A stretch of DNA of 64,000 nucleotides from an uncultured Armatimonadetes bacterium (GCA_963716175.1 OY970296.1:1472001-1536000); one strand, 5' to 3'. Numbered from the stretch's first letter, positions 27,816 through 37,703 are shown. Notes: generated by a model from the sequence alone, not told the origin. Made by a program: numbers and translations.

Positions 27816-30059
27816 CTAGGTTAGACTCTGAGCGAGTTCCCTGCAGCGCTTCGCAAGCCGCGCCGTCAGCTCGCGCCGTGACTGACGCTCCAGCCCGTCC
27901 AAGACCGCGACTAGGCTCCTCAGAGCAGTGACCGTGGATTCTGCGAGTCGCCGTCGCACCCCTTCCTGGTGGGCCAGATTACCCAGGAAACCCCCTGTGA
28001 GCTGAAGCAAAGCGTCAACAGTTCGTTCGTCGGAGCTGCTCAGGGTGCCAACGACGCGCGTCGCTGTTCTGAGCCAAGCATCTGGGGGCGACGGCGACCA
28101 GTACATGGTGAGTTGGCGCAGGAGACGTATGGTGTCAGATGCCGGGGCTCGCTGGATGTAGGCGTTGACGGCAGGCTCCACGCACTCGTCAATGACGCTT
28201 CCTCGTTCAGCGTCCGCCGGCAACATGCGGGCAAGTATGAGGATAGCGCTCAACCGCTCTGTCTCCTGAGTCACCGTCTCGCTGCTCCCGACCCCGGCTG
28301 CAAGACGCTGGATGAGCTCTCGGAGGACTTCCTCGGGATTGTGCTCCTCCCGTACTGCGCCATGGAGAGCGATAACCAATGCCGCAAGCTCTTCAGCTAC
28401 GGCCGACCGCAGCAACTCAACGACGCGACGCCTCAAGCTGGGGCAACCTTTGCGCCCAAGCACGGTCGGCCGACCTAGTATGGTCTCTGCCGCTACGGTT
28501 TGCCAGGCACTGCTGTCATTGCACCAGTCTGTGAAGAACTCATCAGAGAGATCGGGAGGCAACTCGCAACGTCCGCTTCTGATAAGGTCTGCTATCGCAG
28601 CCGCAGCCTGCCTACCGAATGCCTCTTCTCGCTTCTCAGAATACCGTCTGGGACTAACTGCAAGCCTCACGGCGGACCGGTGCAGCGCCCTGCTGGCCCT
28701 TGCTGTCTTGACAGCCGCGGATCGCAACGAGTCCCAATCCCACGACTCGCCACTACAGAGAACTGCCGTGAGCGGGTCTGGGCTATCCTTTGGGAGCGCG
28801 TCGCACATTTCTTGTGGCGCTATGTAGTTCACTATCGCCCACTGACAGCTCGCCCGGAACAAGCTCACCGGCGCGTCATTTGCAGTCAGTAGTCTGCGTA
28901 GAACGACGACACGTTCCTGGTTACGAGTTCGGCAAGACGGCCATCGGACAAGCTGCCCCCGCGGGAACCATTGCTTGACCTGATCTTCTCGCCCAGGGTG
29001 CTCAACCCAGGAGAGCCTGGCAGAGACCCGTCCGAGTCCGACCTCAGTTGATCCCTGGCATACAGCGTCAAGGTATCGAGTCAACCACTCCTCCGCCTCG
29101 CGCCGACGAGGCTCTGGTGCCCACCACTTGACAAGCAGTCGCCAACCACCACGTTCGTCTGGCGACTCGCGCAGAACCTTGACGTCTCGAATGCATAGGT
29201 GTGGCAGCATGAGCCACTCCGGGACGGCCGGCCGCCGCCCTGCCGCCAGAGCTACCGCCTCCCAGCGATGCACGCCGGTATCCAGGAGGTTGCCGAACAC
29301 CAGCGCCGCGCCGATCAAACGACATCGGATTCGCTCAGGACGCCAGTCGTGGACCTGCGCGATATCGGATAAGGAGACCACCGTTATCAGCGACGCCAGG
29401 ACGGCCGCCTCTTCGTCAGAGAGGTTGAGGTTTGCACCATTCGCGAGGACGAAATCGGTTGCGGCACATCGCTGCTCTTCGTCTGAGCCCTCTGGGCGCA
29501 GCATGGCACCGATGTCGTGTAGATAGCAGAGGACGCCCAGGATCATGGTCTCAATCGGACTAAGGCCGAGATCCGGATCAGTGCCCTCTGGTGCCTCGAC
29601 CGAAGCCACAGCCTTCAGCGCCCGTGAGTGCTCTGCCAGGAACACATCCAGTCTGCGCGACATGGAAAGGCTGTGGCGCTGGCCGAATATGTGGCTGATC
29701 TCTGGTGGGACAGAGAGCGCTTGCGGAACGCCTTCTCCGCTGAGCCGATCCGCGAGGTACAGCTTCAATGAGTGGCTGCTGAACCAGTCATTGGCCGAAC
29801 GCCAGTCCCCACGGTCGCCCTCCTGGCGTCCCAGGCACTCGCGATCCAAGAGCCGCCGGAACAGCGGATTCTGCTCGCGCAGTGCCGCGGTTCTACTCAT
29901 CGTGGACAGGGCTTCGTCAGACAGCCCCTGTCCCGTATGTTCCACAGTTGCCTCCGCAACTGAAGAGACTCTGGGCACCCCACGTCCGGCACGGTGCCAC
30001 CGCGCGAACAACCGCCTGGATAGGGCCGCCTTTGATCTGCCGCCACATGCCCGCAGCAC
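27816..30059 (-). CDS. HD-CE-like domain plus alpha-helical C-terminal protein
   Basis: 'LSPIETMILGVLCYLHDIGAM' and 'RCRLIGAALVFGNLLD' resemble HD-CE; real start probably near 29900-29950. Confidence 0.6.
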   Translation of the reverse strand: MLRACGGRSKAALSRRLFARWHRAGRGVPRVSSVAEATVEHTGQGLSDEALSTMSRTAALREQNPLFRRLLDRECLGRQEGDRGDWRSANDWFSSHSLKLYLADRLSGEGVPQALSVPPEISHIFGQRHSLSMSRRLDVFLAEHSRALKAVASVEAPEGTDPDLGLSPIETMILGVLCYLHDIGAMLRPEGSDEEQRCAATDFVLANGANLNLSDEEAAVLASLITVVSLSDIAQVHDWRPERIRCRLIGAALVFGNLLDTGVHRWEAVALAAGRRPAVPEWLMLPHLCIRDVKVLRESPDERGGWRLLVKWWAPEPRRREAEEWLTRYLDAVCQGSTEVGLGRVSARLSWVEHPGREDQVKQWFPRGQLVRWPSCRTRNQERVVVLRRLLTANDAPVSLFRASCQWAIVNYIAPQEMCDALPKDSPDPLTAVLCSGESWDWDSLRSAAVKTARASRALHRSAVRLAVSPRRYSEKREEAFGRQAAAAIADLIRSGRCELPPDLSDEFFTDWCNDSSAWQTVAAETILGRPTVLGRKGCPSLRRRVVELLRSAVAEELAALVIALHGAVREEHNPEEVLRELIQRLAAGVGSSETVTQETERLSAILILARMLPADAERGSVIDECVEPAVNAYIQRAPASDTIRLLRQLTMYWSPSPPDAWLRTATRVVGTLSSSDERTVDALLQLTGGFLGNLAHQEGVRRRLAESTVTALRSLVAVLDGLERQSRRELTARLAKRCRELAQSLT

Positions 30060-30178
30060 AGGCTCTCAGGCGTTCAGACCGCTTCTGTCTACCACTTACA
30101 GACAGCACCTTACAACCCTGCAGGGCCTACCCTTGGCCGCCAGAGTGGTTCGCCGGCCGGTGTCTGACCCCTCGCGCC

Positions 30179-30607
30179 CTAGTCGCAAAGTACGTGCCAG
30201 AGCAGGCAGCAATTGTCGCACTCTGGCCCAGCCACACCGGCGGCCGACCTCCAGTCACCGAGCGCGGTCTCGAAGCATGTCTTGGCGATCACGTCGCGGT
30301 ACAAGCCGAGAAGAGAACGAGCGGGCCGCTCGGCTTCTGGGGCGGTGCGTAGCTGAGAGAACACCCAGGAGAACACCTGCTCCATCCTCGGTGGGCGGTG
30401 GCCCAGTATGTCAGTGGCGAAGTGTTCGCGAACATGCCGGGCCACGGTTTCCAGGTCGGCTGTAAGGCCGACATTCCTCGCCCGCTGGAAGAAATCCGTA
30501 TCCGATGGCGGCCGCCTCGTGGGCGCAACCTGCCGGGAAGCCGCCTCGGCGACTGTGGCACCCGCGCCAAACACCACGACGAGCGGCCCGGCAAGAGGCT
30601 CGATCAC
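30179..30607 (-). pseudogene. SIR2-like protein N-terminal fragment
   Basis: 'LVVVFGAGAT...PP...DFF' sirtuin-like start; ends before the TxNYD/HG motifs. Confidence 0.55.
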
Positions 30608-30698
30608 AGGTCACTCCCATCCGTCGTGCGCCCTTCGAGCGCGGATGCGAGACTGGAGCTAATCGGGCGCGTTCGCCGCTCTTTGGTGACAGCCCAGA

Positions 30699-31322
30699 TC
30701 ACGATGCCGGCCGTTCCTGCCGGAGCTTGCGCCAGCCTGGGACGCTCCGAGGCACCTCTTTCCCTTCCGCCAACCAGCGGCGTCCAGCAGAGGTGATCTC
30801 CCAGACCCCTCGCTTGGAGTTGGCACTCAGCAGGCCCTCCTTGACGAGGTAGAAGCGCACAAACGCCGCCCGATTGCGCCAGGTAGGTTCGCCGCTGCTA
30901 ATCGGATGTTGGTCGTGTGGAGTGAGAGAACTCGCCATTAGCGCGCCGACCTTGCCCACTACGGCCGACTTGTCGGCGGCACCGCCCAACTCAACCAAAG
31001 CCTCCAGTATCGGTCGGCAGAAAGCCGCGTGGGGGGTTAGTAGGCCCCGCGGTGTGCGAGCGCCCTTTGCCACCTGATTGCTCTGCCGTTGGGTCTTCTT
31101 CGGACGAGCCGAGCCGGAGATCAGCCGTTTCCATTCTTTCTGCTTTGCACGCAGGTCAGCGAGGAACCCTTTGACCGCCTCGGCTCGCGCTGTGAGCGCG
31201 CGCACGGTGGCGCTATCGCCGCGTCGGAAGGCCTGGGCGCCGGCCTCGCGGATTGCCGCCAGCGCCTTAGTGACCTCGCTCAACAGCAGCTCGAATGCGT
31301 CCGCCACGTCCTTGTGTCGCAT
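30699..31322 (-). CDS. Coiled-coil plus Mrr_N winged-helix protein
   Basis: 'PILEALVELGG...SGEPTWRNRAAFVRFYLVKEGLL...RGVWEITSAGR'. Confidence 0.8.
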   Translation of the reverse strand: MRHKDVADAFELLLSEVTKALAAIREAGAQAFRRGDSATVRALTARAEAVKGFLADLRAKQKEWKRLISGSARPKKTQRQSNQVAKGARTPRGLLTPHAAFCRPILEALVELGGAADKSAVVGKVGALMASSLTPHDQHPISSGEPTWRNRAAFVRFYLVKEGLLSANSKRGVWEITSAGRRWLAEGKEVPRSVPGWRKLRQERPAS

Positions 31323-31345
31323 GGTCCCCTCTCTCTTTGCAGGTG

Positions 31346-31774
31346 TCAGGCCATCCCGGTCTCCACCCCCATCCACGCCACCAACTGGACCTCGCCCTCG
31401 TCAATGACTGGCAGCGGCTGCGGCGCTTCGTAGGGGCGGAGGCCGAGCTCGCGGACCTTCTGGACGAGGGCCCGCGAGACGCCCTGCGCGTCGAGTTCCT
31501 CGGAGTCCAGCACTTCGCGCAGTTGCTTCGCCGCGCGGCCGCCGTGAAGGGCCACCAACAGGAGGGGGACGGCCCGGCCGCCGTGGCGCCGCTTCCAGGC
31601 CTTCTGAAGACCCGCCCGGCCGGGCTGCCGCGCTGCCTCCACGATCACGACTTCCAGCGGCTGCCTTCCCTGGCCAAGGACAAGCCCGCGCGGACGCAGG
31701 CCTTCAGCCCCCTCCAGCGTCACAGGGCGCAGTTCGTGGTCAGCCAGGAACTCCGCTCGCTCACTGAACGGCAC
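31346..31774 (-). pseudogene. Possible deletion-fusion remnant of an RM/helicase operon
   Basis: N-part 'AWKRRHGGRAVPLLLVAL' recalls type IIG RM N-termini; C-part 'PLPVIDEGEVQLVAWMGV' recalls helicase C-termini (from memory, unverified). Confidence 0.3.
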
Positions 31775-31910
31775 TTGGCCGTGTCTCCCCTCTCATGCCT
31801 CACCCGTCCGCCAGGCCGCCATAAGATGTCGACAGTCTGGCCGGACTCTCTGGGAGCCCTGCTCTCGCTCTCATGGCGATGGGTTCACTGAGGTTGTCGC
31901 CAGTCCTGCC

Positions 31911-32051
31911 ATACAGGACGGTCTCCGGCGCTTTCGCGTCGTCGGGCACGAAGTCGCGCAGTTCGTTCGTGGGGATGTTCGCGCGCTTGTCTTTGTGGCG
32001 CACCGACTCGACGGGGGTTGAAGCCTTCTCCTTCCTGGACTTCCCAGGCAT
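31911..32051 (-). pseudogene. Type III Mod N-terminal remnant
   Basis: 'VESVRHKDKRANIPTNELRDFV.DD..AP.TVLY' matches the N-terminus of the Mod at 41515. Confidence 0.85.
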
Positions 32052-32052
32052 C

Positions 32053-33684
32053 TCAGAGGTCCCCCTTTAGCTCCGCTAGGAACTCGTTGCCCGCAATGGC
32101 GAGGTGGTCCGCTCTCTGCGCTAACCACTCGTCGTATCGGCTGACCTCCGTGGCGGCGATATCCTCGTCTATGAACTGCTGGGCTAGCTTCTGCGGCGTG
32201 ATGCTGTAGTGGCGGATGTAGTCCATCGGGTCTTTGGCAGATATCCGGATGTTGATGTTCGGGCCGATGACAGCGATGTTGGCCAGCGCGTCGATCTTGT
32301 CTTCGCTCACCTTCTTGTGAAGGAACTTGCGGGGGAAGACGTGATGCCATTGTGGTCGGAAATCGGCGAGCACCTGGAGGCCCTCGAAACCGAGTCGATG
32401 GCCCTTGTCATCCCAGTCGGTGGCCCCGTTTCGGTAGGCGAGCAGGTAGAGGAGGAATCTGCCGAACCGACTGTCTCCGTAATCACGAAGGAAGTCTTCG
32501 GAGTTAAGAGAGTGTTCGTGGTCGAAGCGTTTCAGAAGCCGGCGAACCGTCATCTCTGCCGAGTCTGATTCGGCGATGTCACGGAGGTCTTCCTCAAGGG
32601 AGGTAGAGCCTGATCCGCTGTACCTGCCGAAGCGGGATGCCTGTAGGAACCAGTATAGCGTCGGCTCAAACCTGGCGTTGGGGAACTTCTCCAGCAGGGC
32701 GACGAGCGTTACCAGTGCGGCCTCGGTTGGCATGGGATCGCTGCTAAGAATGCCGTATTGCCGCAGCCGAGCAATGGCATCAGCCCATGCCTTCTCCGTT
32801 CGCTCCCATGCTGGTCGGACGTTCTTCTCGTGCCAAAATGTGTCTGGGATCTCCCGGAACCTGACACGTTTGATACCGACGGCTGTCATCGTGCGGAAGA
32901 GGAGGTTCGGCCCTATGTCAAACCCTGCATCGGCTAGGATGCCGAGGTGTGGCAGGAAAGTGCTGCGGACCCAGCCGGGATTCCGGGCGGCGACGATGCC
33001 GAGGTAGATGTCGGCCTCAGTGACTCGGGTGCCCCTGCTGTTGAGGCGAGAGAAGATCTCAACGACGTCCTCAAGCTCGTGGTCAACGGTGACGGCGACG
33101 ACGTCCTTCTCACGAATCTTTCGAACACTGTCCAGCCTGGTGTAGACCTCCATCGCATCCATGCCGTCGCACAGGCCGTCGGTCTTGACGCTTTTGGCCA
33201 GCTGCATGAGTGCTTTCTGGTCGTCCTCTTTCTGGGTGTCAAGGATGAGCAGTGTGGGTAGCAGTACATAGCGATTGGTCTTCACGGAGCGGATGGCGGC
33301 ATTGGCAACCAGAAAGAACGGCGGTTCCTTGGCGTGTACGTCAAACCGGATGTCGTACTTGCGGAGGGTGCGGTTCCATTCCTGGGCGCTATCCCACCAG
33401 AAAGGCTTCCGTCCGAAGAGGATGCACAGAGCCGTGGTCCTCTGCTGACCATCCACGATCCACACGGATGGAGGCTGAGCGTCAACAGCGAGCTGGGGCT
33501 CCACTTCGCCGTTGCTGCTCCAGAGGAGGAAGCTGTTGATCGGGAAGTCGTACCAGAGGGATTCGGCAAGGTCCTTCACCTGGGTTGGTTTCCAGACGAA
33601 GCCCCGCTGGAACTCGGGCACGCTCCAGATGTGGTTCACGGCAGAGTTGACGATGTCTCTGGTCTTGAAGGATGTGTAGGCCAT
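32053..33684 (-). CDS. DUF262 (GmrS-like) protein with C-terminal HNH-like domain; GmrSD-type restriction candidate
   Basis: 'PEFQRGFVW', 'VDGQQRTT', 'IFSRLNSRG', 'HHVFP...N....N'. Confidence 0.88.
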   Translation of the reverse strand: MAYTSFKTRDIVNSAVNHIWSVPEFQRGFVWKPTQVKDLAESLWYDFPINSFLLWSSNGEVEPQLAVDAQPPSVWIVDGQQRTTALCILFGRKPFWWDSAQEWNRTLRKYDIRFDVHAKEPPFFLVANAAIRSVKTNRYVLLPTLLILDTQKEDDQKALMQLAKSVKTDGLCDGMDAMEVYTRLDSVRKIREKDVVAVTVDHELEDVVEIFSRLNSRGTRVTEADIYLGIVAARNPGWVRSTFLPHLGILADAGFDIGPNLLFRTMTAVGIKRVRFREIPDTFWHEKNVRPAWERTEKAWADAIARLRQYGILSSDPMPTEAALVTLVALLEKFPNARFEPTLYWFLQASRFGRYSGSGSTSLEEDLRDIAESDSAEMTVRRLLKRFDHEHSLNSEDFLRDYGDSRFGRFLLYLLAYRNGATDWDDKGHRLGFEGLQVLADFRPQWHHVFPRKFLHKKVSEDKIDALANIAVIGPNINIRISAKDPMDYIRHYSITPQKLAQQFIDEDIAATEVSRYDEWLAQRADHLAIAGNEFLAELKGDL

Positions 33685-33699
33685 TGTCTCGCCGATCTC

Positions 33700-33813
33700 C
33701 TATGGTTTCTGCGCGACGAAAGCTCGGATAAGGTTCTTGCAGTTCCACGGATCCTCGATCTCAAGGAATGCCCAGCGACCAAAGCCCCGATGGTTGCTCA
33801 CCGCCGGCACCCA
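33700..33813 (-). pseudogene. Type III Res C-terminal remnant
   Basis: Translates to WVPAVSNHRGFGRWAFLEIEDPWNCKNLIRAF.., matching the Res C-terminus WVPAVNNHGGFGRWAFLEIDDPWDAKNAIRSF. Confidence 0.85.
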
Positions 33814-34259
33814 GGGGAGTCGCCCCGCCGATCTCGGGACAGAGCAGTGGTAACCCAGCAAGAAGCGGTAGCTCCCCCTCGGTGGGTCTGTTCGACGGAG
33901 CCCTCAGCGACCCTCTAGCTCCACGTCACTTAGCCATCAATCAGCACCAACCTGCCCTCCCGTTCCGTTACGTCTATTGGTGGTAGCAGATCAACGGCCT
34001 GTCGGTACTGCGCGACGACTCGATCCTGATGCCGCCACCGCGGATATAGGTCCTGAATGACCTGAATCTCTTCGATCCTCACTTCTTCGCTTGCCATAGT
34101 AGCTCCACTATGAAGGAATCCGCCGACGTGGTGATCGAGTCGTTTTGCACCTGTCCCCCGCCGGATGGGCGCCCCCCACCAGCGGCCCGGCCGCGCTCGG
34201 AATCGCGCAGCCAGGCCTCTACCGCCGCCAGCACTTGCTTGTGCATGGCGACGGGCCGG

Positions 34260-34703
34260 CTATCCTGGTCGGGCCGCGCCGGTGAGCTTGTCGAGCGCCG
34301 CCGAGAGCCGCGCAAAGCCCGCTCCCTTCATGTCTAGGCTGTGAGACGCCGCCCCGGTCAACTCCGCGCTGTGCATGTCGCGTTGGCCCAGGTACTGCTT
34401 GCCCAACCAGATCTGCATGGTCGTGTTGCCCGCCTTAGCGTTCTTCCACTGGAGGCGGCGGAGGGAGGTTTTGCCTTCCTCACGCCCCTTTTCATAGGCA
34501 TTCAGAAACTCGAGATCGCTCTGCTTCCGCGCCACGATCAGGGCAGGGGAGACGTGCAGTGCAGCAGCGATCTCCGCGTCCGTGCATTGGATACGGGCCA
34601 GGTCCTCGACCAGTTGGGGATCGAGTTCCTTGCGGGGCCGGCCGCTTTTCCGTCTTGGGGCTGGTGCCTTGGGGGGTTTCTTCTTCGGCTTGCGAGCTGT
34701 CAT
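34260..34703 (-). CDS. Terminase small subunit-like protein of the island
   Basis: 'GRPRKELD...CTDAEIAAALHVS...SLRRLQW..A..GNTTMQIWLGKQYLGQRD' pattern of phage TerS-like proteins. Confidence 0.7.
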   Translation of the reverse strand: MTARKPKKKPPKAPAPRRKSGRPRKELDPQLVEDLARIQCTDAEIAAALHVSPALIVARKQSDLEFLNAYEKGREEGKTSLRRLQWKNAKAGNTTMQIWLGKQYLGQRDMHSAELTGAASHSLDMKGAGFARLSAALDKLTGAARPG

Positions 34704-34816
34704 GGTCCCACCTCTTCGGCCGGCCGGGCACGTTCCCACTCGGCCAGCCACCTCTCCACCTGGGCGTCAGGGCTCGCCTCAGGGTCCTCGGCGGCCGCTG
34801 GGGCCGCCGCCTGCTC

Positions 34817-35224
34817 TTAGTGGTCACGGCAGAAGTCCGAATCCCGCAGGGGCGCGTAGGCGTAGGGCCGGCCGTCCTTCCGCAAGCCGGCGCAGGTCAA
34901 TCCCTGGTAGGGTCGGGGTTCGCGCTCCGGCAGCACGGGCCACTCCCCGCTCGCCACTGGCAGGCAGGTCGGCGGCGGTGCCCCGAAGGGGTCCAGATCC
35001 AGCGCCTCGGCCAGTAGGAAGATCACCCGCCACCAGCCCCGGCGCCGGCCCTCTTGTTCCGGGTCGCGCCGGGCCGCCCGCGCTTCGTCGGTGGCCACCA
35101 ACGCCAGCTCCCGCAACCGGGCCAGCAGCTCCTCCGGCGCCTCCTCGGGGTCGCGCAGCCAGGCCTCCACCTGCGCCACCGCTTCCCGCAGCACCAACAG
35201 GTCCGTTCTCTGTGCGCTGCTCAT
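34817..35224 (-). CDS. Hypothetical protein with C-terminal C..KDG...C..H finger-like motif
   Basis: 'TCAGLRKDGRP...FCRDH'; lies in the replication operon. Confidence 0.5.
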   Translation of the reverse strand: MSSAQRTDLLVLREAVAQVEAWLRDPEEAPEELLARLRELALVATDEARAARRDPEQEGRRRGWWRVIFLLAEALDLDPFGAPPPTCLPVASGEWPVLPEREPRPYQGLTCAGLRKDGRPYAYAPLRDSDFCRDH

Positions 35225-35338
35225 GCCAACAGCTCCTCGGCCTCCGGCGCCAGCCCCAGGAGGCGTACACACCGGGGCGTGGGGCTGCGCTCCCCGAAGG
35301 GAGCAGCCTTCACGCCTACGGGGTGGCCTCCCGCCGCC

Positions 35339-35564
35339 TGCCGACGTTCCCAAGTCTGCCAACGTGTCTGCCAACGTTTGTTCCCAAGACCATGGCAAGC
35401 AGACTCTCTCTTTAGGGGGGTCTTGCCATCGTGCCAACGTTCGGGCGGTTTTCGCCCAGGTTCCCCGCTGGCATACCTAGAAGGCATTTCGCCCCTACGA
35501 AGGGCCTTGCCAACGTTCTCCGCCGTCATTCCTGCCATCGTTCCTGCCAACGTCCTGCCATCGT
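35339..35564. repeat. Iteron array, putative replication origin
   Basis: Nine copies of TGCC(A/G)(A/T)CGT at 35339, 35357, 35369, 35424, 35432, 35508, 35533, 35545 and 35556, directly after the helicase stop. Confidence 0.75.
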
Positions 35565-35566
35565 TC

Positions 35567-36994
35567 CTATGCTGGGAGGCCAAAGACGGCCTCCTTCCCC
35601 TGCTTGCTGCGCCGAAGCCGGTCAGTCTTCTGCAACTCAGCTAGCGCGTCCCCGAAGGTGCGTTTTGAGATACGCTGCTTGCCGCAGGCACCCTCCAGGA
35701 ACTCGCGGGTCCGGGGTTCGCTCTCCGCTGCGGCCAGTATGATCTCCTGGGCGAGCAACTTCTTGGTGACTTTCTCGGGTTCGGCCTCGCCAGCGTAGAC
35801 CAGCTCGGCCCCGCCGTTCTCACCCCCCTGCCACTCTACCAGGAAGGGTCTGGCCGGGTCGCCCCAGTAAGACTTGACGACCTCGCAACGTACCAGCCCA
35901 TCCTTCTCCTGCCAGGCGGCAAGGGCGACATCGGCCACGTTCACAATTGCAGTTGCTCCCCTGATCCTGGCCTTAGGGCTGTTGTCGCCGAACTCGGTGC
36001 GCTTCTTGAAGTGGTGGATCACGAGAATACAGCACTCAAACCGCTCGGCGATATCGCGGAGCGCGCCCAGCACCTCTGCCATTGCATCATTGTCGGTGTC
36101 CTTCGTGCCGGGAGGCAGTAGGCGACTCAGTGAGTCTAGGATCAGCAAAGCGGGACGCTGATCCTCCACCAAGGAAGCCACCCAGGTCGGGTTCAGCTTC
36201 GCCGGCCTGAACTGGAAATCAACCCTCGGGGCCCTGCCAGTGGCTTTCCTGAAGTCCTTCACCCTCTTCCCTGTGTACCGGCGCCCGCGCTCCGCGTCGA
36301 TGTAGACACAGGGGCCGGTCCGGCTCGGCGCGAACTGCGCCTGTCCCAGCCACGGCAGGCCCCGCCCGACCGCATCGCCCAACGAGGTGCCCAACCAACC
36401 CTTTCCGGCCCCGCCCTCGCCGGCCAGGACGACCAGCCCCGCATCCGGGAGTACCCCTTCGACCAGCCAGGAAGGCTTGTCCGGGTCTTCGAGCAAAGCC
36501 TCGGCAGGAACGAGATCGGCAATCGGCAGGGCCCGCCTGGTCGCGGCCTCCACCAGTGACTTGACCTGGGTGACAACCGCCCCGATTCCGTCATCACCGG
36601 GGGACTGGGCCAGCTCGCGGATTTCGCCTGCGGCCTGAATCAACTTCCGCAGCGCCGCCTTCTGAGTCACGGTGCGCGCCCAGTGGGTGACACCTTCCGC
36701 GGTAGGCGCGTCCTCTTGCAGGGCGAGGAGGTAGGATGTGCCGCCGACAGCCTCCAGCTGGCCCAGGTCCCGGAGCCGGACCTCAATCGCGATGAAGTCG
36801 GCCGGTGTTCCCTCCTCGCGCAGGTCGGCGATAGCGGCAAAGATCATCTGGTGCTGCGGACTGTAGAAGTCGTCGCGCTCGAGCACCGCCAGCGCCTTGG
36901 TCACCGCCCGGTGATCTATAAACATCGCACCCAGCACGGCCTGCTCGGCCTCCAGGCTTTGCGGGGGGATGCGCTCCAGCAACGGCGCGCTCAT
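35567..36994 (-). CDS. DnaB N-terminal domain plus AAA_25 (RepA-like SF4) helicase / replication protein
   Basis: 'PPQSLEAEQAVLGAM...DFY..H..IF.AI' DnaB-N; Walker A GEGGAGKG; 'LILDSL'; 'IHH'; 'RGATA'. Confidence 0.88.
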   Translation of the reverse strand: MSAPLLERIPPQSLEAEQAVLGAMFIDHRAVTKALAVLERDDFYSPQHQMIFAAIADLREEGTPADFIAIEVRLRDLGQLEAVGGTSYLLALQEDAPTAEGVTHWARTVTQKAALRKLIQAAGEIRELAQSPGDDGIGAVVTQVKSLVEAATRRALPIADLVPAEALLEDPDKPSWLVEGVLPDAGLVVLAGEGGAGKGWLGTSLGDAVGRGLPWLGQAQFAPSRTGPCVYIDAERGRRYTGKRVKDFRKATGRAPRVDFQFRPAKLNPTWVASLVEDQRPALLILDSLSRLLPPGTKDTDNDAMAEVLGALRDIAERFECCILVIHHFKKRTEFGDNSPKARIRGATAIVNVADVALAAWQEKDGLVRCEVVKSYWGDPARPFLVEWQGGENGGAELVYAGEAEPEKVTKKLLAQEIILAAAESEPRTREFLEGACGKQRISKRTFGDALAELQKTDRLRRSKQGKEAVFGLPA

Positions 36995-37183
36995 GGCGCC
37001 ACCCGCCCGGCCGCTCGAGCCGTCCAGCCCGTGTCGGCCGCCGCACCCGGGAATCTCCCTCCCCCACTTGCAGGAGGCGCCGCCGGCGTGGTAGACTGGA
37101 CTTGAGAGTGTCTCGTCACGTCGTCCTGCCTTTTGCCCGCCTACCCTGGACCGGGGTGGCGGGCTTGTCTTTCGGATTTCACA

Positions 37184-37408
37184 TCACGCCGCCTCCACGG
37201 GCACGTCCACCGTGGGCCGGCTCCATAGGCTGGGATTCTCAAGCAGGCGCCCAAGCGCTAGGACCGGCACCCGCATCTTCCCTCGCAGGCGGATGACCGG
37301 TAGGTGCCCAGCCTTGGCGGCTCTGTAGCCCCAATTCCGCGCGAACCCGAGGACCGCCGCAGCCTCCGGGATACTGATTGTCTCGCAATCGTTCGCTGCC
37401 ATGGCCAC
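37184..37408 (-). CDS. Excisionase/AlpA-like HTH_17 protein
   Basis: 'ISIPEAAAVLGFARNWGYRAAKAGHLPVIRLRGKMRVP'. Confidence 0.8.
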   Translation of the reverse strand: MAMAANDCETISIPEAAAVLGFARNWGYRAAKAGHLPVIRLRGKMRVPVLALGRLLENPSLWSRPTVDVPVEAA

Positions 37409-37703
37409 TCCGTTCTACGCTTGTAACGCTGATGCGTTCTGAGCCCGATACTGCCCAATTGTACCTTGCTCGGTGAGGTTATCCCCCCGATCGGCAAGGG
37501 CCGGAGTGCGCAATCCGCACTCGGCGGCCGAGAGAGCCCGTGACCGTGCTGCACTAAAAAAAGGGCGACTGCAGCACTTGGGGGAGGGATTCGGGCTGGA
37601 GACAGGGGCAGGAGGCCGTCAGGCTCCCCGCAGGCGGGGCAGGTGGCAGGGGCAGGCAGATGGTGCGCGTGCGCCAGGGCAGCGGCTGCACGGGGAACAT
37701 CTG

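Noticed and set aside
34079-34315. Short ORF sharing 'VEAWLRD' with the 34817-35224 protein
   Set aside because: The similarity is only ~25 bp; probably a duplication scar with no supportable function
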